From Bdellovibrionota bacterium (lineage in GTDB: Bacteria > Bdellovibrionota_C > UBA2361 > OMII01), in the NCBI GenBank assembly GCA_044351795.1, contig JBILFA010000003.1, positions 2,275 through 66,274 on the forward strand: 64,000 bases of DNA, in the 5' to 3' direction. Both the position numbers and the translations under genes were made by a program. The notes beneath the pieces were generated by a model, which saw only the letters and a program-made list of their open reading frames with translations, had not been told where the DNA came from and ran no database searches. Positions 10,038 through 19,901 of this stretch are shown one piece after another. Position 1 is the first letter of the stretch. The number at the start of each line of letters is the position of its first letter.

Positions 10038-10559
10038 ATGCGGGTACTTAGTTCCGAGGTTCTGTACGAGGGCAAGCTTCGGGCGGTTCGTGATGTGATC
10101 GAAACTTCGGATGGCAAGCTTGTGAGGCACGAGACTATCGAGCACCCCGGTGCCGTGGTTGTGCTTCCTATTCTAGCGGATGGAAAATTCGTTTTCGTGG
10201 AGCAATATCGGCACTCTATTCGTGAAGTGTTGCTCGAGCTGCCCGCGGGAACCCTGGAGAAGGGCGAAGAGCCGAGTGTGTGCGCGCTTCGAGAGTTGAC
10301 TGAGGAGATCGGGATGACCTCCGATGATCTCGTCTCTCTTGGCGAGCTCCTTCCTGCTCCCGGTTTCTGTAATGAGCGGCAGTATCTTTTCTGTGGGCGA
10401 TCGCTGCGACCGGAGCGGGGCATCCCTGACGAAGATGAAAGCATCGTTACGGTACAGCTGTCGAAGGACGAGGCCCTTGACGCGGTTCGCACAGGCCGAC
10501 TCCGCGATGCGAAGTCCATAGCATTGCTTATGCGGGCGCTCCTGCAAGGGTATCTGTAA
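10038..10559 (+). CDS. NUDIX hydrolase (ADP-ribose pyrophosphatase-like)
   Basis: Nudix box 'GTLEKGEEPSVCALRELTEEIGM' (G-x5-E-x7-REUxEExGU). ATG at 10038 lies 8 nt after AGGAGG. Confidence 0.85.
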   Translation: MRVLSSEVLYEGKLRAVRDVIETSDGKLVRHETIEHPGAVVVLPILADGKFVFVEQYRHSIREVLLELPAGTLEKGEEPSVCALRELTEEIGMTSDDLVSLGELLPAPGFCNERQYLFCGRSLRPERGIPDEDESIVTVQLSKDEALDAVRTGRLRDAKSIALLMRALLQGYL

Positions 10560-10572
10560 AGGAAGATGGTAC

Positions 10573-11553
10573 GTGAAGAAGATTAAACAGCTTGGGAAGA
10601 AAACCAATTCAACGCTAGGCGCCCTCACCGTAGTCTGCGGGTTCGTGATGATGTGGGCAAGCAGCCTTGGCGGCTCGACGACGCAGTCTTCAATCACTGC
10701 AGCCTTGGACGGCGCTATTGACATCGATGCCGGTCGCCCGAGCCCTGCTAACAACGGAAGACTCGTAGTGGCGTCCGGCACCTTACGCGGTGACGTTTTG
10801 TTAGATGACGAGTTTTTGCTTCCTCAGCCGGTGGTGCGTCTCACGCGGCACGTTGAGATGTTTCAATGGGTAGAAAATAACGCTCAGCAGGAAGCTCCTT
10901 CGAATCCGCTTAGCTACTCGTTAGAATGGGTTACGAAGGAGGTCGATTTCTTCCAGTTTCGAGAGTCTGCGGGACACGAGAATCCGGTCATGAAAGTGCA
11001 ACCTCTCGACAAAAAGTCAGCCCTGATCTTTTTCGGCGGCTTCGACGGTTCTCGAATCGTTGATGCGATCGATGGTTCGTTTCCACTCGAGCTCACCCCC
11101 GATAAGCTCAAAGATTCGTCGCAGATCATCCAGAACAACAAGCTGCTCATCAAGAGAGATCCTGCCCTTAAAGAGGTCTCTTTAGGAGATATGAGGGTGT
11201 GGTACGATGTTCTTCCAGCGGGCGATTACACCGTTCTAGCAGAGCAGGTCGACGAGATGTCCTTGATAGGGGCCCGCCCCAAGGGGAAACTGCTCATTCA
11301 GCGCGGACGTTACACGGCGGACGAATTGTTCGAGTTGCTGTCCCAGGGTGCCAAACAAGCGTATACCGGCATGCTATTTCTGGGTGCACTCCTCATGGCG
11401 TTCGGGCTGGTATCGGTTTTGAAGCCCTACGCGGAACGAATCGACCTCAATCCCAAGCTTGATGTCAAGGGGATGCCAGCCGTAATGCTCATAAGCGTAG
11501 GTATCTCCACGGCGTTGATGGGGATCTTTATGGTGCTGGCGCTGATTGGATAG
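10573..11553 (+). CDS. TMEM43/DUF1625-family membrane protein
   Basis: 326 aa. N-terminal TM helix, 'RLTRHVEMFQWVE' motif, and two C-terminal TM helices. Confidence 0.65.
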   Translation: MKKIKQLGKKTNSTLGALTVVCGFVMMWASSLGGSTTQSSITAALDGAIDIDAGRPSPANNGRLVVASGTLRGDVLLDDEFLLPQPVVRLTRHVEMFQWVENNAQQEAPSNPLSYSLEWVTKEVDFFQFRESAGHENPVMKVQPLDKKSALIFFGGFDGSRIVDAIDGSFPLELTPDKLKDSSQIIQNNKLLIKRDPALKEVSLGDMRVWYDVLPAGDYTVLAEQVDEMSLIGARPKGKLLIQRGRYTADELFELLSQGAKQAYTGMLFLGALLMAFGLVSVLKPYAERIDLNPKLDVKGMPAVMLISVGISTALMGIFMVLALIG

Positions 11554-11578
11554 CGTCGTGGTTGTCGAAAGCCCTACT

Positions 11579-12319
11579 CTAATGGATGTGGGGCTCCGAA
11601 TCTTCATCCGTGCCGCCCCGCTTGCCTTTCACGAGCCGTAAGCCTTTCTTGGTCTTGAGACGCTTGAGCTTCCAGTTGTAGTAGGTGAGCTCTATTCGAC
11701 GCCGTATATCCGGAAACTCTCCTCTGTACATGAATGCATAGCACAGGCCTGCAGTGAAGAGCTCGGGAAGAACAGGTAGCAATCCGTTGAAAACTGCCCC
11801 TAGCAGGACAAAGCCGAGCCCGATCAGAGCAAAGGTATTACCCTTGAGCGGCGTGCCCCAAAAATTAAGGCGCTGTCCCTGAAAGTGTGACGTGAGACCG
11901 AATAGTATCCAGATGGTCGTAATAATCTGGCGTGCCCCGGCGTATGCTGCTGCTTTGAAAAGCGTAGGAAAAATAAGGGCAACGCCGAGAATGAGTAATT
12001 GAGCTGTGAGGGGAATTCCGAGCACTCTTCGGAGAAATCTCTTTCGTCCCCACCAGCTCTCTAGATTTCCTCCGACGCTATACACGATTAATCCGCCGAA
12101 TATGATCTCGAGCGGGTGAGGTGCAATGAACAGCGAGGTAAAAGGTCGCCACACCTGAAAGTCGTAAATGACCGCAAGTGGGACAAAGAGGAAGGTGTAT
12201 GCGCCCTGCTGCATCAAGAGCCCTTGCACGACCGAGAGCACGATTATCGCCACCGTCAAAACGTGTGCCGAGTGATGAAAGGAAAAAGTCGGTACTCTAA
12301 ATGCTCGTGCCATACTCAA
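11579..12319 (-). CDS. rhomboid-like membrane protein (catalytic GxSG not evident)
   Basis: 246 aa, about 6 TM helices. 'FQVWRPFTSLFIAPHPLEIIFGGLIVYSVGGNLESWWGRKRFL' follows the rhomboid WR...H...G..LE...G..RFL pattern. No GxSG serine motif was seen. The C-terminal tail is basic. Confidence 0.55.
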   Translation of the reverse strand: MSMARAFRVPTFSFHHSAHVLTVAIIVLSVVQGLLMQQGAYTFLFVPLAVIYDFQVWRPFTSLFIAPHPLEIIFGGLIVYSVGGNLESWWGRKRFLRRVLGIPLTAQLLILGVALIFPTLFKAAAYAGARQIITTIWILFGLTSHFQGQRLNFWGTPLKGNTFALIGLGFVLLGAVFNGLLPVLPELFTAGLCYAFMYRGEFPDIRRRIELTYYNWKLKRLKTKKGLRLVKGKRGGTDEDSEPHIH

Positions 12320-12382
12320 AGTCGTGTTGGGTTGTTACTGCTCTCCAGCATAGCAGTAGAGGGGGTGAGCGCACACCCTATC

Positions 12383-13123
12383 TCACCAATTCTCCCTAAG
12401 GAGTCTCATGTATTCACTCTGGATGTCTATGCCGGAGGTTTGGCGCAAGATGCCAGCCATAACGTTCAGGGTGGGGACTGCCTCGAACGGATCCTCCACC
12501 GCTCTCTTGTCGGATTCGGTAGTCATACGCATGCAGAGGGTGCCGGAGTGGCAGTCTATAAGTAGAGACTCTGTAATTTGAGGGTTGTACCCCAGAGACG
12601 CGAAGGTTCTTCTACTTCTGAAATGCTCCAGTCCGAATCGAAAGTAGCGGAGCTTAATCGGCGCGGCGCATCCGATCAGTCGCGGCGGAAGCCATACGGG
12701 TAGCGAGCCGGTTCGCTGGAGCTCCAAGGAGTGAATGATGTGATGGGCACCCTGGAAGCGCGCAAAAGGAGAGTAGCAACACAGATCAAAGTTGTCCCAT
12801 GCGAACCCGTCATCTAACTCTTCGATGGCGCATTCGCCCCCGACCCTGAAGAGTTCATCTTTTTGTGCTCGAGGGAGACCGGGCAGGAGTTCATCGAGGG
12901 GATTACGACCCTTGAAATCGATCAGCTCTGTCCCGATCTTCTGCGAATGAAGGCTCGGGAGGAGAGTTCTGAGGCATCCGTCTACGAGATCTGACAATCC
13001 TGCCTCAGAAAGAGGGGCTTTGGACTCAAAGACAGATGTGTATCCGCCCAATATCCAGTTTTTTCGAAGCTCTAGGGATCCCATGATTGCTCGGATTTTG
13101 CTCTGTATGTGTGCGGGGCGCAA
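12383..13123 (-). CDS. hypothetical protein
   Basis: 246-aa ORF divergent from the Tad locus. No recognisable motif. Confidence 0.5.
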   Translation of the reverse strand: MRPAHIQSKIRAIMGSLELRKNWILGGYTSVFESKAPLSEAGLSDLVDGCLRTLLPSLHSQKIGTELIDFKGRNPLDELLPGLPRAQKDELFRVGGECAIEELDDGFAWDNFDLCCYSPFARFQGAHHIIHSLELQRTGSLPVWLPPRLIGCAAPIKLRYFRFGLEHFRSRRTFASLGYNPQITESLLIDCHSGTLCMRMTTESDKRAVEDPFEAVPTLNVMAGILRQTSGIDIQSEYMRLLRENW

Positions 13124-13400
13124 TTGAGGGACTTTAAGCCTAAGCTTCCCTTGGGCTCTTGGAGGTGCGTAAGGCGAGTCAGGAGACCCAGAGCCGCCCG
13201 ACTAGTAGCCGCCCGCCCCATATAGTCGTCCCGCACGATGTTCTTTTCTGTAAACAGCTGAGCGTATTTAAGCTCATTGCAAAACAGATAAAAATATATG
13301 ACGTGATTTAGGGAGCAACGTGCTAAATTCCGCCGTCGTGTGGTCCAGAGGTGTTGAGGAGTGCCCTTATCATCTTTGAAGTGTCGCTAAATGGAGAGGA

Positions 13401-14762
13401 ATGATCGAGCTTGGATTGATCGACCTAAGTGCAGAGGGCCGGAGGCGTTTAGCTCAGCTAGTAGAGCGCTGGACCTGGTCTCAACCGGAAAGCCGACACT
13501 TCTCGCTTCCACGGGTCTCTCTTCATCTGCTCGCCCCCCAAGAAGTTCGTTTTCATGGAGCGCTCGACGTGTGCCTGATCGGCCCCGAGCTCATATCGGC
13601 TGATGCCGCCTACATAAATCATATTCGCGGGCAGTTACCTGGCAAGGTAATTTTGTGCGTCCTTGATTCAACCACCTTCTCCTTCGGAATGATTGAGCAG
13701 CTGGGGCGTCTCGGGGTTGACGACGTGCTCATGGATACCGCCTCCAGTGAGGAGTTCTTTCGGCGTTTGGTGCTGCTGAAACGGCGGGTCGCTTCTTCCG
13801 AAAAGGGGCAATTGGTCGTGATCGATGCTGCTCGGGGTGGTGTGGGAGCCACCCTGGTTGCAGCAGCTCTTGCGGAGGGCCAGCTGCAGGCAGGAAAGAG
13901 CGTTTGTGTGGTCGATGGTGATATCTTCTCTCAAGACTTGACCCGTTTTCTGCAAGTGCGCCCATATGTCAACGAGCCCTTGCGGCTCCTACTCGACTGC
14001 CAACGCGTGGTAACGGCAGAAACAGTTGCTGAGTGTGCTTTCCCGGTTTGGGGAGATGAGCCTCGCTTCAAGTGCGTACCGCCGCCGGTTGCTACAGATG
14101 AAGCGATACTTTCTTCTTCGCAGGCGTGCAGAACCTTTGTCGGCGTTTTAGAGGTGCTTCAATCTCAATATGAGATCGTAGTTGTCGATGCGGCACCGCT
14201 CATAGCAGGGTGTCGACAGGCACTTTATCAAATTGCAGATGAGGTTGTTTTGGTTGCCAATAGAGATCCGGCTGGTGCTTTTGCTACCAGGCAGTCGGTT
14301 TCGCTGATCGGAGGCTATCTTCGTCCTGACGCTCGCCTCACCTCGGTCATCAACCAAAATAGCAAAGTTCAAGCGCCCCTGTCGGTCGTTCGACAGCAGG
14401 TGTTGACGCTCAATGCTGGCGCGCCCCGCAGCTTCGTGATCCCCTATTCGCCGCAGGCGGCCCGATGGGCATGCAGTGGTCGCACAGCGTTTGCAGCGCT
14501 CAAACGCAGCATACGACCACTACTTGATGAAAGCGGTGCGACTGAGCAGAAACGTTTTGGTTCATCGCTAAAAGCGATGGTTGCAATCGCTCGGCGGAGA
14601 TTTTCGAAAAAGAGTAAGGCCGGACACGGAGAAGTTTTCTCCGATGCGCGAGGGGGCGACGCCGGTTCCGTGGCGCTACTTCCTGTCGGGTCCAGAGAGC
14701 ACATTTTAGACCAAACGACTGCCCATGATGCACCCGTATCGAAGGCAGTTGTAGGTAGCTGA
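13401..14762 (+). CDS. TadZ/CpaE-like pilus localisation protein (pseudo-receiver + ParA/MinD-like domain)
   Basis: 453 aa. N-terminal receiver-like fold, then a MinD/ParA-like region 'LVVIDAARGGVGATLVAAALA' and 'IVVVDAAP'. It is the first gene of the Tad cluster. Confidence 0.8.
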   Translation: MIELGLIDLSAEGRRRLAQLVERWTWSQPESRHFSLPRVSLHLLAPQEVRFHGALDVCLIGPELISADAAYINHIRGQLPGKVILCVLDSTTFSFGMIEQLGRLGVDDVLMDTASSEEFFRRLVLLKRRVASSEKGQLVVIDAARGGVGATLVAAALAEGQLQAGKSVCVVDGDIFSQDLTRFLQVRPYVNEPLRLLLDCQRVVTAETVAECAFPVWGDEPRFKCVPPPVATDEAILSSSQACRTFVGVLEVLQSQYEIVVVDAAPLIAGCRQALYQIADEVVLVANRDPAGAFATRQSVSLIGGYLRPDARLTSVINQNSKVQAPLSVVRQQVLTLNAGAPRSFVIPYSPQAARWACSGRTAFAALKRSIRPLLDESGATEQKRFGSSLKAMVAIARRRFSKKSKAGHGEVFSDARGGDAGSVALLPVGSREHILDQTTAHDAPVSKAVVGS

Positions 14763-14783
14763 CAAATGAAGTGGAGGAACAAG

Positions 14784-14963
14784 ATGAGCAAGAAAGACAA
14801 GAATGAAGAGAGTGGATATACCCTTTTGGAGTACTGCGCGGGGGCGGCTATAATCGCCGGAATACTCTGGACAGCACTGAATGCGCTCGGTGGAAACTTG
14901 AGCGACTTGCTTGAGGCTGTTGGACAGTGGGCTCAACGGCGGTCGGCAGGCATATCGGATTAG
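14784..14963 (+). CDS. flp: Flp-family type IVb pilin
   Basis: 59 aa from the ATG at 14784, which lies 5 nt after GGAGGA. Flp motif G/YTLLEY is followed by the hydrophobic stretch 'CAGAAIIAGILWTAL'. Confidence 0.8.
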   Translation: MSKKDKNEESGYTLLEYCAGAAIIAGILWTALNALGGNLSDLLEAVGQWAQRRSAGISD

Positions 14964-14973
14964 CGAGGGAGTA

Positions 14974-15888
14974 GTGGTTGTTCGATCATCTACTGCGAGG
15001 CCTCGGCGTGTGCCCGTCGCTGGACGTCTGCTTGGCCTGGCGTCCCTGTGTGTTGCGATGTCGCTTGCAGCGTATCAACTGGGACGGGGATACGTCTCGG
15101 CTCCAGTGGTGGAGCGGCAGCGCGCCTTCGTTCCGGAGTTCAACGTCGTTCAGATACCGGTTCCCCGTGGGCCGGTATCTGCCGGGACGAACGTGAGGGA
15201 TATTCCCGTTCGTATGGAGCGTTTTCCAGAGCATCAACTACCTGAGGCGGTGGTGCGGGAATTAGCCGGATTTAGGGACGCTGTCACGTTGGTGGCGCTG
15301 CCGGGAGGGCTTCCGATTGTGGCGTCTAACCTTGGAGCTCCGGATGAGATCTCGAACCCGATAGTCGGGAGGATTCCTCCGGGGATGCGAGCGATGACCG
15401 TCCGAGTCGATGCTACAGCCTCGGTCGAGGGCTGGGTTCGTAGCGGCTCGATCGTGGATGTTTTGCTCGTCGAGCCTTCTCGCACGACCGTCGTAGCCGA
15501 GCAGGTAAAGGTCATTTCGGCCGAGCGATCGCTTTCGCCCGGCGACGAATCGGCGCAAGCTCCCATTCCCAGCACCGTCACCTTGCTAGTTACGCAAGAT
15601 CAGTGTCTCGCCATAAACACGGCCGTTGCGCTGGGCAAGATAGCCTTTGCGCTACGTAGTGCCCGCGACCCTGAGTCCTGGAGAACGACTCAGTTCTCGG
15701 CAGACTCACTCTCGCATGACCGCAAGCCTGCTAATGAAGCGCGGGTAAGTGGGGTCGTTTCGATAGGTAGCGGCGCGGAACGGAAGAGATTTGCGCTCGT
15801 CGACGGAGCGTGGATTCCCACGGAAAATATTCCCTCGGGATTCTTATTGGGAGAGGGGGAGCATGGCCGAAGTGCCGATCAAAGATAA
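14974..15888 (+). CDS. CpaB/RcpC-family Flp pilus assembly protein
   Basis: N-terminal TM helix 'LLGLASLCVAMSLAAY'. SAF-like segment 'VQIPVPRGPVSAGTNV'. Later 'IPPGMRAMTVRVDATASVEGWVRSGSIVDVLL' is typical of CpaB. The start is uncertain: GTG at 14974, or the ORF track start at 14911. Confidence 0.75.
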   Translation: MVVRSSTARPRRVPVAGRLLGLASLCVAMSLAAYQLGRGYVSAPVVERQRAFVPEFNVVQIPVPRGPVSAGTNVRDIPVRMERFPEHQLPEAVVRELAGFRDAVTLVALPGGLPIVASNLGAPDEISNPIVGRIPPGMRAMTVRVDATASVEGWVRSGSIVDVLLVEPSRTTVVAEQVKVISAERSLSPGDESAQAPIPSTVTLLVTQDQCLAINTAVALGKIAFALRSARDPESWRTTQFSADSLSHDRKPANEARVSGVVSIGSGAERKRFALVDGAWIPTENIPSGFLLGEGEHGRSADQR

Positions 15889-17206
15889 AAATGCCCCGGC
15901 CCGCGAGACGCCGCTCTTGCCCCCCGTGCTTGCGCACGTGCTCGAGGAGGCTCGCCGTCAGAGCTCTAAAGCCTCTCAGCAACAAAACTTTTCGGGTGGG
16001 TACGGCGACGCCGCAACATTGGTGCAGGATGCTGCGATTCGCCTGGGTGTAGAGCTTTCGACCTTCGAGCGAGATGAGGTGCTGACTCATCTCGAGGGGG
16101 ATTGGTTCTCTTTCGGAGTTTTGCAGCCGCTCATCGATGATCCGCGAGTTTCCGATATCATTGTTTCGAGTTTCGGTAAGGTTTCGGTCCAGCAGGGAAG
16201 GCGAAATATTCGAACGCAGATTCGATTTGCTGACCAACGTTCGTACGAGGCGTTTGTGGAACGATTGCTTCACCGAGCCGGCACATCGTACTCCACCAAG
16301 CAGCCGATTGCTGACGGGATGATCGGTGCTCTTGTGCGAGTCCACGCCGTTAACAAGGTTTTATGCGACGAAGGTCCGTATTTGACTATTCGTATCAATC
16401 GTTACACCTCGGTTTCCCTTGATGATCTGGTGTCGGTGGGGTTGGCTCCCCGGCAGGTCTTCGAGTATCTGCGCGGCCTGGTTAGTATCGGCCGCACACT
16501 CCTCGTCGTAGGAGAGGTCGGTACGGGAAAGACCACCCTTGCGCGAGCCTTAGCCGGAGCTATTCCTCATGATGAATCGGTTTTAGTGATTGAAGACACG
16601 CCCGAAATCCGACTAGACCACCCTCATGTCCGTTATGTCACGACGCGTGAGGCTAATCTCGAAGGCGCGGGTCGCGTGTCTCCGGCTCAATGTATCCGTG
16701 CGGGAATGCGTATGGCCATGAACCGCATCATTTTCGGCGAAATTCGTGATGCGGAGGCAGCAGAAGCCTTTGTTGATGTGTGTGCATCGGGCCACCCCGG
16801 TCTCTCTACGTTACATGGAAGAAGTGCGCTCGATGCCGTCACTCGATTAGAGCTCTTTTTGGCTCGGGCGCAACGTAACGCCGATAAAAGCCTTCTCAGT
16901 GCTCAAGTGGTTACTGCGGTACAGGTCGTGGTGGTCGTAGATCTTTGCAAGGTCACCGGGCTGCGACGAATCATGGAAGTGCGGGAGCTCGGGCCCGTTG
17001 CAGACGGAGTTCTGCGTCAACGCGAGATATTTGCGTACAAGATAACTGGAGGAACACCTCAGTGGAGCGTGGTAAACCGCGTCAGCGCATTTCGTGAGAA
17101 GCTCGAGAAGGAGAGCTCAACCTTCTCGTTCTCCAAGATGCCTGACGTGCTAGAGCTTCCCCTAGAGGTATCATATCGTGAAGCAGCGCAGTCTCTGAGT
17201 AGGTAA
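15863..17206 (+). CDS. CpaF/TadA-family secretion ATPase
   Basis: Walker A 'GEVGTGKTT', Walker B 'VLVIEDTPEI', His box 'ASGHPGLSTLH'. ATG at 15863 follows GAGAGGGGGA. Confidence 0.9.
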   Translation: MAEVPIKDKNAPARETPLLPPVLAHVLEEARRQSSKASQQQNFSGGYGDAATLVQDAAIRLGVELSTFERDEVLTHLEGDWFSFGVLQPLIDDPRVSDIIVSSFGKVSVQQGRRNIRTQIRFADQRSYEAFVERLLHRAGTSYSTKQPIADGMIGALVRVHAVNKVLCDEGPYLTIRINRYTSVSLDDLVSVGLAPRQVFEYLRGLVSIGRTLLVVGEVGTGKTTLARALAGAIPHDESVLVIEDTPEIRLDHPHVRYVTTREANLEGAGRVSPAQCIRAGMRMAMNRIIFGEIRDAEAAEAFVDVCASGHPGLSTLHGRSALDAVTRLELFLARAQRNADKSLLSAQVVTAVQVVVVVDLCKVTGLRRIMEVRELGPVADGVLRQREIFAYKITGGTPQWSVVNRVSAFREKLEKESSTFSFSKMPDVLELPLEVSYREAAQSLSR

Positions 17207-17211
17207 GAAGC

Positions 17212-18045
17212 ATGCTCATTTCGTTGAGGAGAAGAGACCGAATCGTCGAGCAACTTGTTAAGTCAGTAGCTGACACAGAGGTTCGAGCTGGTTTGGGCGA
17301 GCCCAATGTCAGCGATAGTGTCACTGGAGGACAAAATCTTCCTCTTTTTATCCGTAAAGAGACAGGCGTATTAGCTGCGATAGTGTCAGTAAGTCTGTTG
17401 ATCGGCTTTATGCTCGGGGCTCTCAAAGGAGTGCTGGGTCTGATCCTCGGTACCGTTTTTCTCATTGTCCGCGAGAGAAGAGCTCAAAGACAGAGACAGC
17501 TTAGTGTAGATCGAGATCTGCCTGCTCTTTTGACCTCAGTAGCTTCTTCGGTTCGAGCCGGAATAGATCCTCTCGTGGCACTCTCGGAGGCACGCGAGTT
17601 TCTTCCGTCTGATTCGGTGCTTGCGGCGGAGCTCGAGCAGTACCATCGCAGCCTTACAGCAGGCGGTGACGAAGACGAGATAGTAGATCGGCTGTTTCGA
17701 TCCGTAACAACGCCGGATATCGAATTGTTCAAGGGATGTCTGCGGCTGTCGCGTAAACATGGAAGTTCGCTTGCTGAGCCGCTACATCGAGTAACGCGCG
17801 TCGTACGCCAACGGCAGTCATTTCGACGCAAGACCAGAGCAGCGCTCGCCATGCATCGCATGTCAGCGGTCGGAATATCGCTGTGTGCGGCGTTAATCGC
17901 AGTCATGCAGGCTGTCATGAACCCTAACGGAATTCAGTTGGCTATTTCGCACTCCGTAGGGAGCAAGCTTCTGATCTGCGGCGGCGCTCTGATCGCAGTG
18001 GGCGTGGTATGGATGATGTCTCTTGGGCGGGACACTTCGGTGTAG
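17212..18045 (+). CDS. TadB-like inner-membrane platform protein (T2SS F family)
   Basis: 277 aa. One N-terminal TM helix, a cytoplasmic T2SSF-like helical domain, and two C-terminal TM helices. It lies directly after cpaF. Confidence 0.75.
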   Translation: MLISLRRRDRIVEQLVKSVADTEVRAGLGEPNVSDSVTGGQNLPLFIRKETGVLAAIVSVSLLIGFMLGALKGVLGLILGTVFLIVRERRAQRQRQLSVDRDLPALLTSVASSVRAGIDPLVALSEAREFLPSDSVLAAELEQYHRSLTAGGDEDEIVDRLFRSVTTPDIELFKGCLRLSRKHGSSLAEPLHRVTRVVRQRQSFRRKTRAALAMHRMSAVGISLCAALIAVMQAVMNPNGIQLAISHSVGSKLLICGGALIAVGVVWMMSLGRDTSV

Positions 18046-18052
18046 GGTGCAT

Positions 18053-18847
18053 ATGGTGTGGAGCATTCTCATAGCGGCATGCGGCTTGTTCCTTACGCAC
18101 CTGATGTTCGAGAGATCTCGGTCGAGCGAGATGATCGAGACACTGCTCTCGAATGCAGAAGAAGAGGATCAACCCCGAACGCGAGAGGTTTCAGGTCCAA
18201 GGCGCTATCAGCGAGCGAGGGTCGCAGCATGGATCATCGGCGCAGTGCTCATGGCTTGCATGCGCTTGCTTCTGGGCGTTTCGGGAGGACTTCAAGAGCT
18301 GCCGTTTGCCCTATTAGGAGGGATAGCAGGCGAGTTGTGGTATCGACGAGACAAGGAGCGCAAAGCTGCTCGAAAGCTCAAAAGCATGGAATTGAACCTA
18401 CCTATGACGATGGAGCGAATCGTCATGGCCGTTGGATCCGGGCTCGATATCGTGCCCGCGTTGCGCGAGGCCTCTTCTCGGGCAGATGATTCTGTTTCGG
18501 CGCTTTTAGCAGAAGTCGTTGACTTGGCGGAGGCAGGGCTGCCGGTAGCAGCTTCTCTTCGTTCGGTATCTCAGGGGGTACCCTGCCCGGCAGTCAAGCA
18601 CTGCTTCGTTCATCTTGCGTTAGCTTATCAACAGGGTGGTGAGCTCGTGCGTCCACTCAAGGAACTCAGCGACGCGACCCAAGCATATTATCAAGAGAGT
18701 GTGGAGGAAGAGATAGCAAAGCTCCCTGTGAAGGCAGTGCTGCCGCTGGTGCTCACCTTTGCAGGGTTAATTGTATGCTTTCTGACGGTGCCGCTGATCC
18801 AAGTCGGTTCTCTAACATCAAAGGTGTCTCATGCCACGATGGAATAG
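18053..18847 (+). CDS. TadC-like inner-membrane platform protein (T2SS F family)
   Basis: Same architecture as the preceding gene. 'LNLPMTMERIVMAVGSGLDIVPALREA' is T2SSF-like. Confidence 0.75.
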   Translation: MVWSILIAACGLFLTHLMFERSRSSEMIETLLSNAEEEDQPRTREVSGPRRYQRARVAAWIIGAVLMACMRLLLGVSGGLQELPFALLGGIAGELWYRRDKERKAARKLKSMELNLPMTMERIVMAVGSGLDIVPALREASSRADDSVSALLAEVVDLAEAGLPVAASLRSVSQGVPCPAVKHCFVHLALAYQQGGELVRPLKELSDATQAYYQESVEEEIAKLPVKAVLPLVLTFAGLIVCFLTVPLIQVGSLTSKVSHATME

Positions 18848-19901
18848 AAGAGATTCTCAGCGAGAGCGACGGGGCGCTATTCTTCGCGATGAGTTTGAAC
18901 GCGGGGCTGCCTCTTTGGTATTTGTGGTCTTGATCTTGCCGCTACTTCTCGTGTTGTTGGTGATAACTATTGATATAGCAACGTTTTTCAGCGTTCGTGA
19001 AGAAGTGCGGACATTACTTGACGAGGAGGCGCAGGGCGCTCTTGCGCGCAGGTCGACGACTGCCCAACTTCAGGCGTCCATCAAGCGGAGACTCGAAAGG
19101 CTCAACCCCTTTTTGAACCAACCAGCCATAGCTACCACTGTCTTACGTGATTCGAGTGTTCTCTCTATGAGGGCCGGTTATCACAGTGTCCTGATTGATT
19201 TGTGTGGGGGGCTACTTCTCAAGCAGCTACCGAGTATTCCCTTAGAGGTCGAAGTGCGGTCTCGGAAGTTCTCGTCTATGGGCCTTATAGTGTTCGACAG
19301 GACAGTGAGCCGTTCCGGCATCGAGTGTTCAGACGCTGAGCTGAGGGAGGTCACCAATTTCGCCAGCCGTATGGTAGCAGCTTTCGAGGAGTCAGGCGTT
19401 CGTTCGGTGAAGGTAGCGTTTACCCCAGGCATTCGGAATTCCCTCGATGTGCTGGGCGATATTGAGGGTTTTCAAGGGTGTAACGGCGTATCGGTTGTCT
19501 CTCCACGTCAGGTGGGGTTCGTTCCCGGCGCGGCGCGCTCTTTGCCTTCCTCGCTGGATCTCGGAGCCGAGATCGAGCGGATTATTCTTTCGCAACGCGG
19601 CCATGCTCCCACAGAACGCCTCGGTCTCGTAACGATCGTGCGGGGGGCGCAAGCCGGTAACGGGTACATTCACTCGACCGTCGACCAACTCGATGCCATG
19701 ACTCAGAGAAACGAGATCTTTCTGAGCATGGTTCATTTCGGCGTCAATCCCGTCGGAGCGTATAGGAGACCATCGTATCGACCGAGCTACTATGGTGTTC
19801 GTTGGAGAGAGGTGCTGCTCGAATCGAGACAGATGACTGATCCGAGATTGCTCACGGCATCTCTTGGGCATCTTGGTAATGATGTGCACATATCGAGGTA
19901 G
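18831..19901 (+). CDS. TadG-like pseudopilin with vWA-like domain
   Basis: TadE/Tad_N-type N-terminus 'RGAASLVFVVLILPLLLVLLVITIDIATFF'. A MIDAS-like 'VFDRTVSRSG' (D-x-T-x-S) lies in the body. Confidence 0.6.
   Translation: MPRWNRRDSQRERRGAILRDEFERGAASLVFVVLILPLLLVLLVITIDIATFFSVREEVRTLLDEEAQGALARRSTTAQLQASIKRRLERLNPFLNQPAIATTVLRDSSVLSMRAGYHSVLIDLCGGLLLKQLPSIPLEVEVRSRKFSSMGLIVFDRTVSRSGIECSDAELREVTNFASRMVAAFEESGVRSVKVAFTPGIRNSLDVLGDIEGFQGCNGVSVVSPRQVGFVPGAARSLPSSLDLGAEIERIILSQRGHAPTERLGLVTIVRGAQAGNGYIHSTVDQLDAMTQRNEIFLSMVHFGVNPVGAYRRPSYRPSYYGVRWREVLLESRQMTDPRLLTASLGHLGNDVHISR

Noticed and set aside
13441-13490. tRNA-like string 'ggaggcgtttagctcagctagtagagcgctggacc', a near-perfect tRNA D-arm (GCTCAGCTAGTAGAGC)
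   Set aside because: No complementary anticodon stem, T-arm (GGTTCRANNCC) or acceptor 3' strand follows. The stretch is in frame inside the TadZ/CpaE ORF, encoding '...RRLAQLVERW...'. I treat it as coincidental.
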